Source: a virus (Duplodnaviria > Caudoviricetes). Taken from it: DNA of 64,000 bases. Where the stretch lies: the IMG/VR virus record IMGVR_UViG_3300033069_001852; one strand, 5' to 3'. The position numbers and the translations under genes are program-made. This document shows, in pieces, positions 40,076 through 49,767 of this stretch. The notes below the pieces were generated by a model. It ran no database searches. It saw only the letters and a list, made by a program, of their open reading frames with translations, and was not told the origin of the DNA. The first letter of the stretch is position 1. Each line of letters begins with the position of its first letter.

Positions 40076-40567
40076 ATGACCGAACTAATTAATCCAAATG
40101 AGATATTCTGGACTGCCTTCGAACCAAAAGTGAAGAACAGGTTCATTATGTATCTTGACGGTGTCCCCGCTTTCACTATTCGTAAGACTGACCGCCCAAA
40201 GGTACAGAGCGAAAAGAAAGCTCTGGACCACATCAACACCCAGCGTTATTACAAGGGCAAGACCACTTGGCAAGATATGACGATGGAACTTTACGACCCT
40301 ATTGTCCCGTCCGCCGCGCAAGCCGTGATGGAATGGATTCGGCTTTCTCACGAAAGCGTAACGGGCCGCGATGGTTATCAGGACTTCTACAAGAAGGATG
40401 TCACCATCAACGTTTTGGGTCCCGTCGGTGATAAAGTGGAAGAGTGGGTTCTCAAAGGGGCCTTCCCGATTGCCGCAGACTTTCAAGATGTTGATTGGCA
40501 GGACAGCGGCGATCCACTGGGCATTACGGTCACCCTCAGTATTGACTACGCAATTCTACAATACTGA
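40076..40567 (+). CDS. Tail tube protein (gp19-like)
   Basis: EPKVKNRF, KGKTTW, LYDPI, VMEW, YKKD, EEWVLKGAFP, LSIDYA. Confidence 0.9.
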   Translation: MTELINPNEIFWTAFEPKVKNRFIMYLDGVPAFTIRKTDRPKVQSEKKALDHINTQRYYKGKTTWQDMTMELYDPIVPSAAQAVMEWIRLSHESVTGRDGYQDFYKKDVTINVLGPVGDKVEEWVLKGAFPIAADFQDVDWQDSGDPLGITVTLSIDYAILQY

Positions 40568-40595
40568 TATCCAATAAACACGGATATTTCAAATT

Positions 40596-40633
40596 TCTCC
40601 TTACTACTAAACCTGGTAAGGAGATTTTTATTT
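40596..40633 (+). terminator. Rho-independent terminator after the tube gene
   Basis: TCTCCTTAC...GTAAGGAGA followed by TTTTTATTT. Confidence 0.75.
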
Positions 40634-40682
40634 ATGCGCATCCAATCCGCGGGAGTTATATTTATTCTCATACTCTAGTCTT

Positions 40683-41693
40683 ATGTCCATTATTAGATTA
40701 AAACCGATAGTTGAAGCTACCTTGTCTGAAAAAACTGCTTTTGGCAGTCGCTCTGGCCAGAAATCCCTTCGCCGGTTTGAGGTTAAATCGGAAGTTTTCC
40801 AACGGCTTTTAAATGGACCTTTCAAAAACTATTCCCACCGTGAGCTACCGGAATATGAAAAAATATATCGGCTCGCTGAAAAACGCCGTAGCAAATCCAG
40901 AGGCGCTCCTGTGGAATATGAAATCATTGTGCCCCGTAAATCAGAACGCAGCTCAAAGGATTCCTGGAATACCTACACGGTATTGTTGAGTAAATTGCCT
41001 AGTTGGGCCGGCTGGCCCAAGCGTTCCCATTCCGTGATATTTTTCGTTGGGTCGATTAAGACGGATACCCAGTATGGGAGTCATATTTATAGGCTTATCC
41101 CCAAGAACGGGGCGAAAATTGCGGTGTCCACTCACCACGACATTTTAGAGCCGCCCGCCTGGCCTCACATGCGCCAACTCTTGTCCCGGAATGGTCAATT
41201 CATTGATATCACCGTGCTTTGTCAATTACTTGGTCGCATGATCAGTTGGGCGCAGGTGGCTAAAAAATATAAAGACAAAGCTCCGAACGTGTTCGGCAGC
41301 GACTTAAATGACCTTAAATCTCAAAATTTAAATAATTGGGTTATGAATGTGCGGTTAGAAAATTATGCTAAACTCATAAAACTTTTGGATGCTTCCCTAA
41401 ACCAAAAAACCCTGCCCCAAATTAAAAACGCCTTGGACAGCGCTTTTACCAACTCCCCGTTGGGGGAATGGCAAAAAAATAGATTCTTGGAGTATAAGGA
41501 AACTTTTGAATTTTATGCTAATTTGGTGGAGAAATATGGCGGCTGGGAAAACTTATTGAGTGAAGCGTTGGATCCGGTTAAAAATGGTTTCGAACTGATG
41601 ACGGCAGAGAATGTCCGCCCCAACCATAATAAATCGTGTGAGGCCTGGACCGATGACGCGTGTTTGATGAAATATGACAAGGGGAATTTTTAA
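40683..41693 (+). CDS. Paralog 1 of a tandem family, putative ART fold
   Basis: IYR, LPSWAGWPKRSHS, YG, PKNGAKI, NGF..EAWTD. Leader MSIIRLKPIVE. Confidence 0.6.
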   Translation: MSIIRLKPIVEATLSEKTAFGSRSGQKSLRRFEVKSEVFQRLLNGPFKNYSHRELPEYEKIYRLAEKRRSKSRGAPVEYEIIVPRKSERSSKDSWNTYTVLLSKLPSWAGWPKRSHSVIFFVGSIKTDTQYGSHIYRLIPKNGAKIAVSTHHDILEPPAWPHMRQLLSRNGQFIDITVLCQLLGRMISWAQVAKKYKDKAPNVFGSDLNDLKSQNLNNWVMNVRLENYAKLIKLLDASLNQKTLPQIKNALDSAFTNSPLGEWQKNRFLEYKETFEFYANLVEKYGGWENLLSEALDPVKNGFELMTAENVRPNHNKSCEAWTDDACLMKYDKGNF

Positions 41694-42568
41694 TGTTAAA
41701 ACTGTCCAACATTTTGACGGAGACGACCAGACGGAGCCAGAAGATTCGCAAACCCATCTTTATGAATGCTTTGGTCCGGGGTCAATTCTCTTCTGCTTAT
41801 AACAAAATGTTGGAGGGACGGAGGATCTATCGGGGCATAACCGGTAGTGCGGAATGGCCTTATTGGATTGTCAAACCAGGCTCCGCGGAGCGCAAATCAC
41901 GCAATACTTCCAATTTTTATACCGGCTTGATTGATAACTTACCAAGTTGGAAAAACTACCCCAAACGCAGCCGTAGTATCATATGTTCTACCGGACGTGG
42001 TGGAGCAGCTTCGTTTGGTAATGTTCTGGATGTCTTTCCAAAAAATGGAGCCAAAATTGGCATTTGTTCAGCGGAAGATTTCTGGTTATCCTTCCCGGCC
42101 ACCCACACGCGGCTTGATCTTCAGGACATGTCCTATTTCAACGCGTATTTCATTTCTATTTTTTACCAAGCCTCTCACAAGCTTTCGCATCTAGCCTCCG
42201 AACTGACGGATAAAACTTATCCCGCATTTATCAAGCTTGCGAATGAGTTGATTAACAAAGAAAAATACATTGAAACGATTAACATTCAGAGGTCGGTAGA
42301 CCGTTTACCTTACGGCGTATCTTCGGATATGTTGGTGAAGGATGTCCGGTTTAATTTTAACAACGATTGGGAAAAATACTTTGATGAATTGTTGAATCCT
42401 GAAATTAACGGCTTTGTGATTACTACGATTGAAGATTACCAAATACCAACCGATTCCGCCAGCGACATCGAAATTTGGACAGACGCACCTTCACTAATGA
42501 TTAGCCATCACCATCAACAGGAATTATTTTCCTCCGATCTTGCGGCTCGGCCTGGAGGCACGATATGA
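41693..42568 (+). CDS. Paralog 2 of a tandem family, putative ART fold
   Basis: IYRG, LPSWKNYPKRSRSIICST, PKNGAKI, EIWTD. Leader MLKLSNILTE. Confidence 0.6.
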   Translation: MLKLSNILTETTRRSQKIRKPIFMNALVRGQFSSAYNKMLEGRRIYRGITGSAEWPYWIVKPGSAERKSRNTSNFYTGLIDNLPSWKNYPKRSRSIICSTGRGGAASFGNVLDVFPKNGAKIGICSAEDFWLSFPATHTRLDLQDMSYFNAYFISIFYQASHKLSHLASELTDKTYPAFIKLANELINKEKYIETINIQRSVDRLPYGVSSDMLVKDVRFNFNNDWEKYFDELLNPEINGFVITTIEDYQIPTDSASDIEIWTDAPSLMISHHHQQELFSSDLAARPGGTI

Positions 42569-43542
42569 TAAAACTCTCTTACTTGTTAATGGAAGATGAG
42601 AATGAGCGTGATCCCAGCTTGAGGAAGTCTCGGGAAATCCCGGTCACTGCCGCCATTAACATCTTACGCACCCAGTGTACGGAAGCGGTAAAACTATTCA
42701 GTGAGCACCCAGCGGGAACCGGTTTATACCGTGGTTATCGGAGTGATAATTATTGTTTGGAAATTGACCCAACAACCCGGGAACGAACGGGCAGCCGCAA
42801 CTTATATAACGCATTAACTTCCATTTTACCGTCCTGGTCAGAATTCCCCCAGCGTAGCCATTCCGTGATGTTCAGTCCGACTCCGGAAATCGCCAAGGTT
42901 TATGGTAAAATTTATTGGTTATTTCCTTTTGACCAATCGTCGATTGCGCATTGTAATAACCGTGATTGTTGGTATTCTTTTGAATACGCTACCAAGAGGC
43001 TCGGTAGGGGGATTAGCAGTATTGATTATGTCATGGATTTATTTTCAATACTGATCGCATATTCAGTGATTTCAACACGGAAAGATATTGATGGGAATTA
43101 TTATTTCAATACTAAAGTGGGCAAGCATTTCACCAAACGTGAATATACGGTTTCAAATGCGCAAGCCTTGTTGAAAGAGATGAAACGTATTACTCCCGCA
43201 ATTTTAAAGCTTTGTCAGAAAGAAATTGACAAACCAAAAAAGGATTTTGAAATCGTCGGCATATGCGGGGATATCCTTAAAAATTTTAAAGGGGATTGGG
43301 TGGAATACTTCGATTTACTATTAAGTCCGGAAAACAATAAAATAGGTTTGACAACTATTTCCGAAACCGTGAAGTTTCCCCGGGTGGAAATGTGGACGAC
43401 CGGAAAATGTATTATGGTTAACCCCCAGACCGATTTTAACTTTTACAACCTTGGCGACACTTCAATCTGCGGCACATTTTTTAAACATAATATTCAGGTG
43501 GCGAAAACCGCCGGTGCCATCCACCTAATGGGGATTCCATGA
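42565..43542 (+). CDS. Paralog 3 of a tandem family, putative ART fold
   Basis: LYRG, LPSWSEFPQRSHSVMFS, YG, EMWTT. Leader MIKLSYLLME. Confidence 0.6.
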   Translation: MIKLSYLLMEDENERDPSLRKSREIPVTAAINILRTQCTEAVKLFSEHPAGTGLYRGYRSDNYCLEIDPTTRERTGSRNLYNALTSILPSWSEFPQRSHSVMFSPTPEIAKVYGKIYWLFPFDQSSIAHCNNRDCWYSFEYATKRLGRGISSIDYVMDLFSILIAYSVISTRKDIDGNYYFNTKVGKHFTKREYTVSNAQALLKEMKRITPAILKLCQKEIDKPKKDFEIVGICGDILKNFKGDWVEYFDLLLSPENNKIGLTTISETVKFPRVEMWTTGKCIMVNPQTDFNFYNLGDTSICGTFFKHNIQVAKTAGAIHLMGIP

Positions 43543-44366
43543 TAAAACTTTCTCAACTATTGAATGAGTCGGATAATGTGGCAGGCGGCCCCCGGACAAA
43601 ACAGATCGCCAGTGCCGCAGCAGGACAGAAACTTCTGATCCATAAAGCTTCAGCCGCTCTAGAAGCTGCCCGCCGGGATTGTGGAATTTACCGTGGGGTG
43701 AAAACCCTACCCAATGAATATGCGGCCTACCGTTTTGTCCGGCCCGCTAAAGCTTATCGCATGGCTAAAAACACAACCAATTTTACCAATGCGGTGTTGG
43801 ATGTTATTCCAAGCTGGAAGTCTTGGCCCAAGCGCAGTCAGAGCATCGTCTGTTCCAATGCGCCCGACCGCGCCGGCGGCTATGGTATAACCTTTGGGGT
43901 TTTTCCTTTTAACGGAGCTAAGATCGGAATCAGTTCCGATGCGGATTTCTGGATGTCTTTCGAAAGGTTAAATGATCGTTTGGGTTGGGATGTCGCCACC
44001 TTCAACGATCAGATGGCCATTGCCCTAGAGGGGATAGGGATATATGAAGATTTGGAGCGGATACTACCGCGGGGAATACAAAAAATCTTTAATCACATTG
44101 ACAGCAAATTTATATTGTACCCCAATTTTTTCGAAAACCTTTTTGCTTCAAGTTCCTATCGCAGCCGTGACCCTATATTAAAGGACATGGCCAAATATAT
44201 GACTGAAGGCGCAGAGAAATATTTTGACGAATTACTAAATCCTGAGGCGAACGGTTTTAAATTAGTCACCATTGAAGAATACGATTTGAGTCAGTATCCA
44301 GCAATGGAGGTCTGGACCGATAGTCCGGCTCTATTAATTGATCGCAAGGTGGTGGCTTTACCTTAA
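43539..44366 (+). CDS. Paralog 4 of a tandem family, putative ART fold
   Basis: IYRG, IPSWKSWPKRSQSIVCS, YG, PFNGAKI, EVWTD. Leader MIKLSQLLNE. Confidence 0.6.
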   Translation: MIKLSQLLNESDNVAGGPRTKQIASAAAGQKLLIHKASAALEAARRDCGIYRGVKTLPNEYAAYRFVRPAKAYRMAKNTTNFTNAVLDVIPSWKSWPKRSQSIVCSNAPDRAGGYGITFGVFPFNGAKIGISSDADFWMSFERLNDRLGWDVATFNDQMAIALEGIGIYEDLERILPRGIQKIFNHIDSKFILYPNFFENLFASSSYRSRDPILKDMAKYMTEGAEKYFDELLNPEANGFKLVTIEEYDLSQYPAMEVWTDSPALLIDRKVVALP

Positions 44367-44385
44367 TATTTGTATATTTATGTCT

Positions 44386-45108
44386 ATGGTAAAACTAGCG
44401 GAATTGGTGATGAATGAGTCGGTTTATGACAAGGGACTATTTAAAGCGGTCTTTTTCGGCGGGCTTCCCGGAGCCGGCAAGTCCTACACCATACAAAATA
44501 TCTCTGATGGCAATATTGAACCCCGGATCGTCAATTTTGACAAGTATGCGGAATTTCTGGGCAAACAATTGGACATCAAAGATGTCGGAGGTTATGTGGA
44601 TAAGACCTTCATTGACCGGACTAAGCGCATGACGATCAATCAACTTTCCCTGTATGTTAATGGAATGTTGCCCTTGTTCGTGGATAGTACAAGCAATAAG
44701 ATTAACCGTGCAGTTTATCGGGATGGTTTGTTGAAAATGTTTGGTTATGACACCGCTATGGTTTGGGTCAATACTTCACTGGAGACTGCGATTAAACGAA
44801 TTCAAAAACGGGATCGTTCAGTCCCTATTCCTTTTGTCAAGGCGGTATTCAAGAATATGGAAGAGAATAAAGCCTACTACAAAAGCCATTTTGAAATGTT
44901 CGTTGAGGTTAATAATGACGAAGGCGAATTGACCGATAAAGTCATTACCGACGCATACAAAAAAGTATCGGGATTTTTTAAAACGGAAGTGGGTAACCCC
45001 ACCGGCCGCCGCAATTACCAAGCGGCTAAAGCATCTTCCGGCTATTTGGTGCCTCAGGTTTACCGTGATATAAACAAAATCAAGAGCAAGTTAGTCAATT
45101 GGTATTGA
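44386..45108 (+). CDS. P-loop kinase (Zeta/AAA_33-like)
   Basis: GGLPGAGKS, LFVDST, WVNTSLETAIKRIQKRDRSVP. Start placed at MVKLAELVMNE, just after the motif at 44374-44381. Confidence 0.8.
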   Translation: MVKLAELVMNESVYDKGLFKAVFFGGLPGAGKSYTIQNISDGNIEPRIVNFDKYAEFLGKQLDIKDVGGYVDKTFIDRTKRMTINQLSLYVNGMLPLFVDSTSNKINRAVYRDGLLKMFGYDTAMVWVNTSLETAIKRIQKRDRSVPIPFVKAVFKNMEENKAYYKSHFEMFVEVNNDEGELTDKVITDAYKKVSGFFKTEVGNPTGRRNYQAAKASSGYLVPQVYRDINKIKSKLVNWY

Positions 45109-45122
45109 TATTTATACATTAC

Positions 45123-45434
45123 ATGAATTTTGCGCAATTAAAAACGATGATCAAAGCAATCCTCAATGAAGCAATTGATGGGTTTGTTTTTCACGATCAT
45201 CCCGAAGCCGCAACGGGCGATGGCTTCAACGTCCCAACGGATGTGAAATATAATAGCATTTATCTAGGCACGCTGGTTTCCAAGCCGGATGGTTATGAAA
45301 TTGCGTATCTGGACACACCTAAAGGCAAACAAAAAATTTCCAGCAATAAACAGAATAAATTTAAATCCAAGAACGCCGCGGCGGAAAAACTTCATGAGAT
45401 TTGGCGTTTGGTCAGAAACAAAGGACTATTTTAA
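45123..45434 (+). CDS. Hypothetical protein with leader
   Basis: MNFAQLKTMIKAILNE; ATATTTAT at 45108-45115. Confidence 0.7.
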   Translation: MNFAQLKTMIKAILNEAIDGFVFHDHPEAATGDGFNVPTDVKYNSIYLGTLVSKPDGYEIAYLDTPKGKQKISSNKQNKFKSKNAAAEKLHEIWRLVRNKGLF

Positions 45435-45435
45435 T

Positions 45436-46359
45436 ATGAATACAATTGGTATCCTCCCCGGGCGTTTTCAACCGCCGCATCGGGGGCACTTGGAAGCTTA
45501 CAAACACGCCGTTCAGATCGTGGGTAAGAACAACGCATATGTTGCGACTTCTGACAAAATCGATCCGATTAAATCACCTTTGAATTTCAGAGAGAAGCAA
45601 CAGATTTGGACGCGGCATGGGGTGCCAATTGATAAAGTTGTAAAGGTTACCAATCCCTATAAGTCGGAAGAAATCACGCATAAATTCAATCCCAAACAAA
45701 CGGCGGCAATTTTCTTTCTTTCCCAGAAAGACGCCGCTAGGATTCCATTTAAAAACGCCGCGGGGCAACCCTCATATTTTCAACCCTATAAAGGTAATGA
45801 AGATAAACTTCAACCTATTTCCGAACACGGTTATATCGCCGTAACTCCGACTTTTAAAATTGACGGTAAAAACATCTCCGGAACGGTAGTGCGTGAAGGC
45901 CTGGGATCGGCTAAATACAGCGAATCGCAAAAACGCAAACTCTTCCAATGGATCTTTGGTTGGTTTGATATGGCTCTGTTTGAATTGTTGGTGGATAAAT
46001 TCACCGCCGCGGAACAGGATAAAAACAAACCCGTCACTCCGATTAATGAGGTCCACCAAAGATTGAAAGAATATCTGAAGGGAATCATCCGAGAATTAAC
46101 CTTTTCTGTGCCTAGTGTTGAGCCCGATGTTTCCGCCGATCCTAAAAAACCCACAACCATAACCGACCCCACGGCCGAAAAAGATCCAGATCAGGAACGA
46201 AAAGATCGGGAAATGTCACGGCGAAAATTGGAATTGATAAAAAAGAAACGTCAATTCCAAGATAGTCAAAAGAACTGGCGCACAAAGGGGGTTGAACAGG
46301 ACAAACGCGATATCCGGGCCACCGATGCGGAAATCGCTGATTTGCGCTCCCAGATATAA
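45436..46359 (+). CDS. HxGH (cytidylyltransferase-like) nucleotidyltransferase
   Basis: PGRFQPPHRGH, SPLNF, ISGTVVR. Start moved to the ATG at 45436. Confidence 0.8.
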   Translation: MNTIGILPGRFQPPHRGHLEAYKHAVQIVGKNNAYVATSDKIDPIKSPLNFREKQQIWTRHGVPIDKVVKVTNPYKSEEITHKFNPKQTAAIFFLSQKDAARIPFKNAAGQPSYFQPYKGNEDKLQPISEHGYIAVTPTFKIDGKNISGTVVREGLGSAKYSESQKRKLFQWIFGWFDMALFELLVDKFTAAEQDKNKPVTPINEVHQRLKEYLKGIIRELTFSVPSVEPDVSADPKKPTTITDPTAEKDPDQERKDREMSRRKLELIKKKRQFQDSQKNWRTKGVEQDKRDIRATDAEIADLRSQI

Positions 46360-46417
46360 TATTCCAAAAATATTGGGCCGGGCCTACTTATAGGAAAGGT
46401 TAACAATCCAATATTTT

Positions 46418-47251
46418 ATGAGCGAAGGCAAAATCCCCCTACGCCGAACTTCAGGTCCAACTGATCCGGCCCAAGCTAAAGAACAACCACGGTACCCGAC
46501 CGATACCATTTCCCTTCCCACTAAGGGCTGGTTTTATCCCGAAAATACCCCCCTGGCCACGGGCGAGGTAGAGATCAAGCAAATGACTGCGCGGGAAGAG
46601 GATATCCTTGCCAATCAGGATTTAATCCGCCGTGGTAAAGTTCTAGATAAACTACTCCAATCACTATTGATTGATAAGAATATAAATCCTGAGGACATTT
46701 TAATTCCCGATAAGAATGCCATCTTTATTGCTATTCGCCGCTTTGCTTATGGCGACAACTATTCCGTCAATGTCACTTGCCCCCAATGTGGCGTGAAATC
46801 CCGGGTTGATATCAATTTGGCCGAATTAAAGGATAAAGAAATTGATCTTTCTCTTTTACCACGTTGGAAGAATAATTTTACATTTGTGCTTCCAAAAGCG
46901 GGAACGGTATTGACATACAAACTATTAAATCAGAAGGATGAGGACGATATTGAGCGAGAAATCACTGCATTACGTAAAGTGAATAAGGAAGCTTCCAGTG
47001 AAGTCACCACCCGCTTGAAATACGTTATCACCGCGATTGATGGTAATCCGGACAAAGATCGGATTAGAAAATTTGTGGATGAAGAATTTTTAGCCGTGGA
47101 TGCTCGGGCGTTCAGAAATTCTATGAAGGCTAACACCCCGGACATTGACATGCAATTTGATTTCAAATGTTCCAATTCCAGATGCGAACACGAAAGGAGG
47201 ATGGATATCCCTGTGGGAGCCTCCTTTCTATGGATTGACATTGAGTCCTGA
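46418..47251 (+). CDS. Baseplate hub/tail assembly chaperone (T4 gp26-like)
   Basis: LPTKG..YP, MTAREEDIL, CPQC and C...C; immediately upstream of the tape measure. Confidence 0.75.
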   Translation: MSEGKIPLRRTSGPTDPAQAKEQPRYPTDTISLPTKGWFYPENTPLATGEVEIKQMTAREEDILANQDLIRRGKVLDKLLQSLLIDKNINPEDILIPDKNAIFIAIRRFAYGDNYSVNVTCPQCGVKSRVDINLAELKDKEIDLSLLPRWKNNFTFVLPKAGTVLTYKLLNQKDEDDIEREITALRKVNKEASSEVTTRLKYVITAIDGNPDKDRIRKFVDEEFLAVDARAFRNSMKANTPDIDMQFDFKCSNSRCEHERRMDIPVGASFLWIDIES

Positions 47252-47462
47252 AGATAGGATCCGGGTTCACACGGATATTCATCAACTTTGTTATTATGGC
47301 GGCGGAGGTTTTACTCCGGGGGAAATCTATGAAATGCCTATTTTTCTTCGTTACTTCCATTTAAAACAATTATCCAAAACCAAAGAAGCCGAAGTCGCTT
47401 CACAACAGGGTGGCGAAGAGGCTAAACCAACGCCCAAGAAAATCCAACCAAAACCCTTCTAA
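47226..47462 (+). CDS. Probable frameshift extension of the chaperone (+1 frame)
   Basis: Open frame FYGLTLSPEDR..IHQLCYYGGGGF..IYEMPIFLR overlapping the chaperone end, with no ATG near the chaperone stop. Confidence 0.6.
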   Translation, partial: FYGLTLSPEDRIRVHTDIHQLCYYGGGGFTPGEIYEMPIFLRYFHLKQLSKTKEAEVASQQGGEEAKPTPKKIQPKPF

Positions 47463-47502
47463 GCCCCATATTTATACTTTGACCCATCAATAGGTATAAT
47501 AC

Positions 47503-49764
47503 ATGGCAACACTAGACCCTAAATCATTAGAGGCCGCTAAAGATCACGCTAAAGAAATTGAAAAACTTCTTGGCTCCAGCGCCGAAAGCGTGGATGTCCT
47601 AAATGAGAATTTCAACCTCACCGTTGAATTGTTGAAAAAAATGCGGGACACGCTCGGCGACTCCGATGAGGAGTTAATTAAATTCGGAAATAATATCCTT
47701 TCCAATCTCACCAAGGAAACCACGATTGAAGGCAAAATTTTAGCCACGAAACAAGCCCAGTCAGATATTTTACGTCAGATGGTAAAATCAGGAATAAGTT
47801 TAGTGGACAGCGGCGGCGAATTGTCAATTCAAGGAAAATTTCTTTCTTCCATCATGCAGCAGGCGGCTAAGGCGCAAGCGGAACAAAGTTCTAATTTTAT
47901 CCGCCAGGTATTTTTCAGTGAACGCTTTAATCGGAATTATGCGCAAGCCTTCGGGATCGCAAAAAAACTTCCCAGTCATATGACTGCCGCCGGCAATGCG
48001 ATGGCAAAATTACCCATCATCGGCAGTATTACATCCAAGGTTCTGACCGGTCTTGGCTCTAAACTAGCGCTTATGGGAGTTCCGGTCATCGGTTGGATAA
48101 CCACCGCGATTCTTTTAGCGGTTGATCTTGGTAAGGAGATTCTTGAAGTTTTTAAACAAGCCGACGAAGCGGGGACTAAATTCCGGATGACGGTGGGTTT
48201 TATTCGAAAAAATACCGTGGCAATTGACGAAGACGCTCGTAGGATCGCCATTGATTTCGCAACGGTCGGAGCCACTTTTGATCTGGCCTATAATAGCGTA
48301 ACGGCCATTATGACGACGATGGGATCGTTGGTTGGTTATTCTAAAGGCTTGGTGGAAACCGGAACTATTTTTGCCGCCCAACTTGGAGTTTCCGCGGAAA
48401 AGAGCATGGTCACCCTGAAAGCGTTTGCGCAAATTTCCCGCTCCACTATGGCCGCCCAGCGCAATATGTTGGGGTTTGTCGCACGCTTATCACAAGCCGG
48501 CGGCACCAATTTAAATGAAGTGATGAGCGACATCGCAGAATTTTCCCAATCCAATTACCGTTTCATGAAGGGCACCACATCAGAATTGATCAAAGCGACG
48601 GTGGAAGCCCGTCGGATGGGAACTTCTCTGGCCAGCGTCGGTAAATCTGCCAATTCATTATTAAATTTCACCCAAAGCATCAATGACGAAATGGAAGCCA
48701 GTGTTTTATTGGGTCGGTCAATTGATCTTCAGAGGGCTAGGAGCCTATCCTATGCCGGCGACCTGGCGGGCCTAAACAAGGAAATTTTACGCCTTGCTCA
48801 GGCTGCGGATTTCGAAAACATGGATCCGTTTCAAATGCAGGCCTTTGCTAAAGCCGTCGGCCTGGCCGAATCAGAAATCAGCAAAATGTTGGTCGCTTCC
48901 CGCGACCAAGAAGAACAAAATCGTTTGCTAGCTAAAGACCCCTCCTTGAAAGCTCGGGTGGAAGAATATCGTAAAATATTAGCCGCGTCAGAGAAGACCA
49001 CGAAAAATCTTGGTCAACAATACCTCCTAGACCTCCAACGGGAAGCGAATCAAACTCGCATGTTAGCCATCCAACAACAATGGACGGCGTTAACCCAAAA
49101 AATTGCGGAAGAATGGTTGCCGGTGATTGACACAATGTTGAAAGCTATCGTCCCCGTTATCAATGTTATCTCCAAGGCTATCCAGATCGCGATGAAACCA
49201 ATAACTGATCTGGCTAAGATCTATAGTGGAATTTCTAAATTGATGAATACCCAGAATCCGGAGGACTATTCGAAGGGGTGGGAATTAGCGGCCGATGGGG
49301 TAAAACACCATTTACTAGGTTCAATGACGGGCGTTTATGATTTTATCGCTAATCTGTTTAAAGCAAATTCCCCACACCGTTTGGGGCAGATGTATGTAGA
49401 TGGTTTTACCAAAGCAGCACCCTTGGTGGAAAAATCACTTACTACTTCGATGACCCGAGCCGCAGCAAGTACCGCGGATATTTTGAGTGGTATGGGATTG
49501 GAGCCGGTCGGAGATAATGCCCCGCCAGGTATGGGTACAATTGCCCCCATCGCGCAACGACCGAAAAGTGTTCAGGACTTTTCCAATATGGCTACGGATA
49601 GCACAATCATGAAAGTTGTGGATTCCATTAATCGTTTGCGAGAAGATATGCTTAGTGGTAAATTGGGAGCCAATGTTCGACTCGATAGTCAAATCTTAGC
49701 GGAGTCTACCAAACGGGCTACTGATTTTAGAGGTGGTTATGGCACAAACAACGCTCGCGCTTAA
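47503..49764 (+). CDS. Tape measure protein
   Basis: 753 aa, Ala-rich and helical; INDEMEASVLLGRSIDLQRAR; lies between the chaperone and baseplate genes. Confidence 0.75.
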   Translation: MATLDPKSLEAAKDHAKEIEKLLGSSAESVDVLNENFNLTVELLKKMRDTLGDSDEELIKFGNNILSNLTKETTIEGKILATKQAQSDILRQMVKSGISLVDSGGELSIQGKFLSSIMQQAAKAQAEQSSNFIRQVFFSERFNRNYAQAFGIAKKLPSHMTAAGNAMAKLPIIGSITSKVLTGLGSKLALMGVPVIGWITTAILLAVDLGKEILEVFKQADEAGTKFRMTVGFIRKNTVAIDEDARRIAIDFATVGATFDLAYNSVTAIMTTMGSLVGYSKGLVETGTIFAAQLGVSAEKSMVTLKAFAQISRSTMAAQRNMLGFVARLSQAGGTNLNEVMSDIAEFSQSNYRFMKGTTSELIKATVEARRMGTSLASVGKSANSLLNFTQSINDEMEASVLLGRSIDLQRARSLSYAGDLAGLNKEILRLAQAADFENMDPFQMQAFAKAVGLAESEISKMLVASRDQEEQNRLLAKDPSLKARVEEYRKILAASEKTTKNLGQQYLLDLQREANQTRMLAIQQQWTALTQKIAEEWLPVIDTMLKAIVPVINVISKAIQIAMKPITDLAKIYSGISKLMNTQNPEDYSKGWELAADGVKHHLLGSMTGVYDFIANLFKANSPHRLGQMYVDGFTKAAPLVEKSLTTSMTRAAASTADILSGMGLEPVGDNAPPGMGTIAPIAQRPKSVQDFSNMATDSTIMKVVDSINRLREDMLSGKLGANVRLDSQILAESTKRATDFRGGYGTNNARA

Positions 49765-49767
49765 TTT

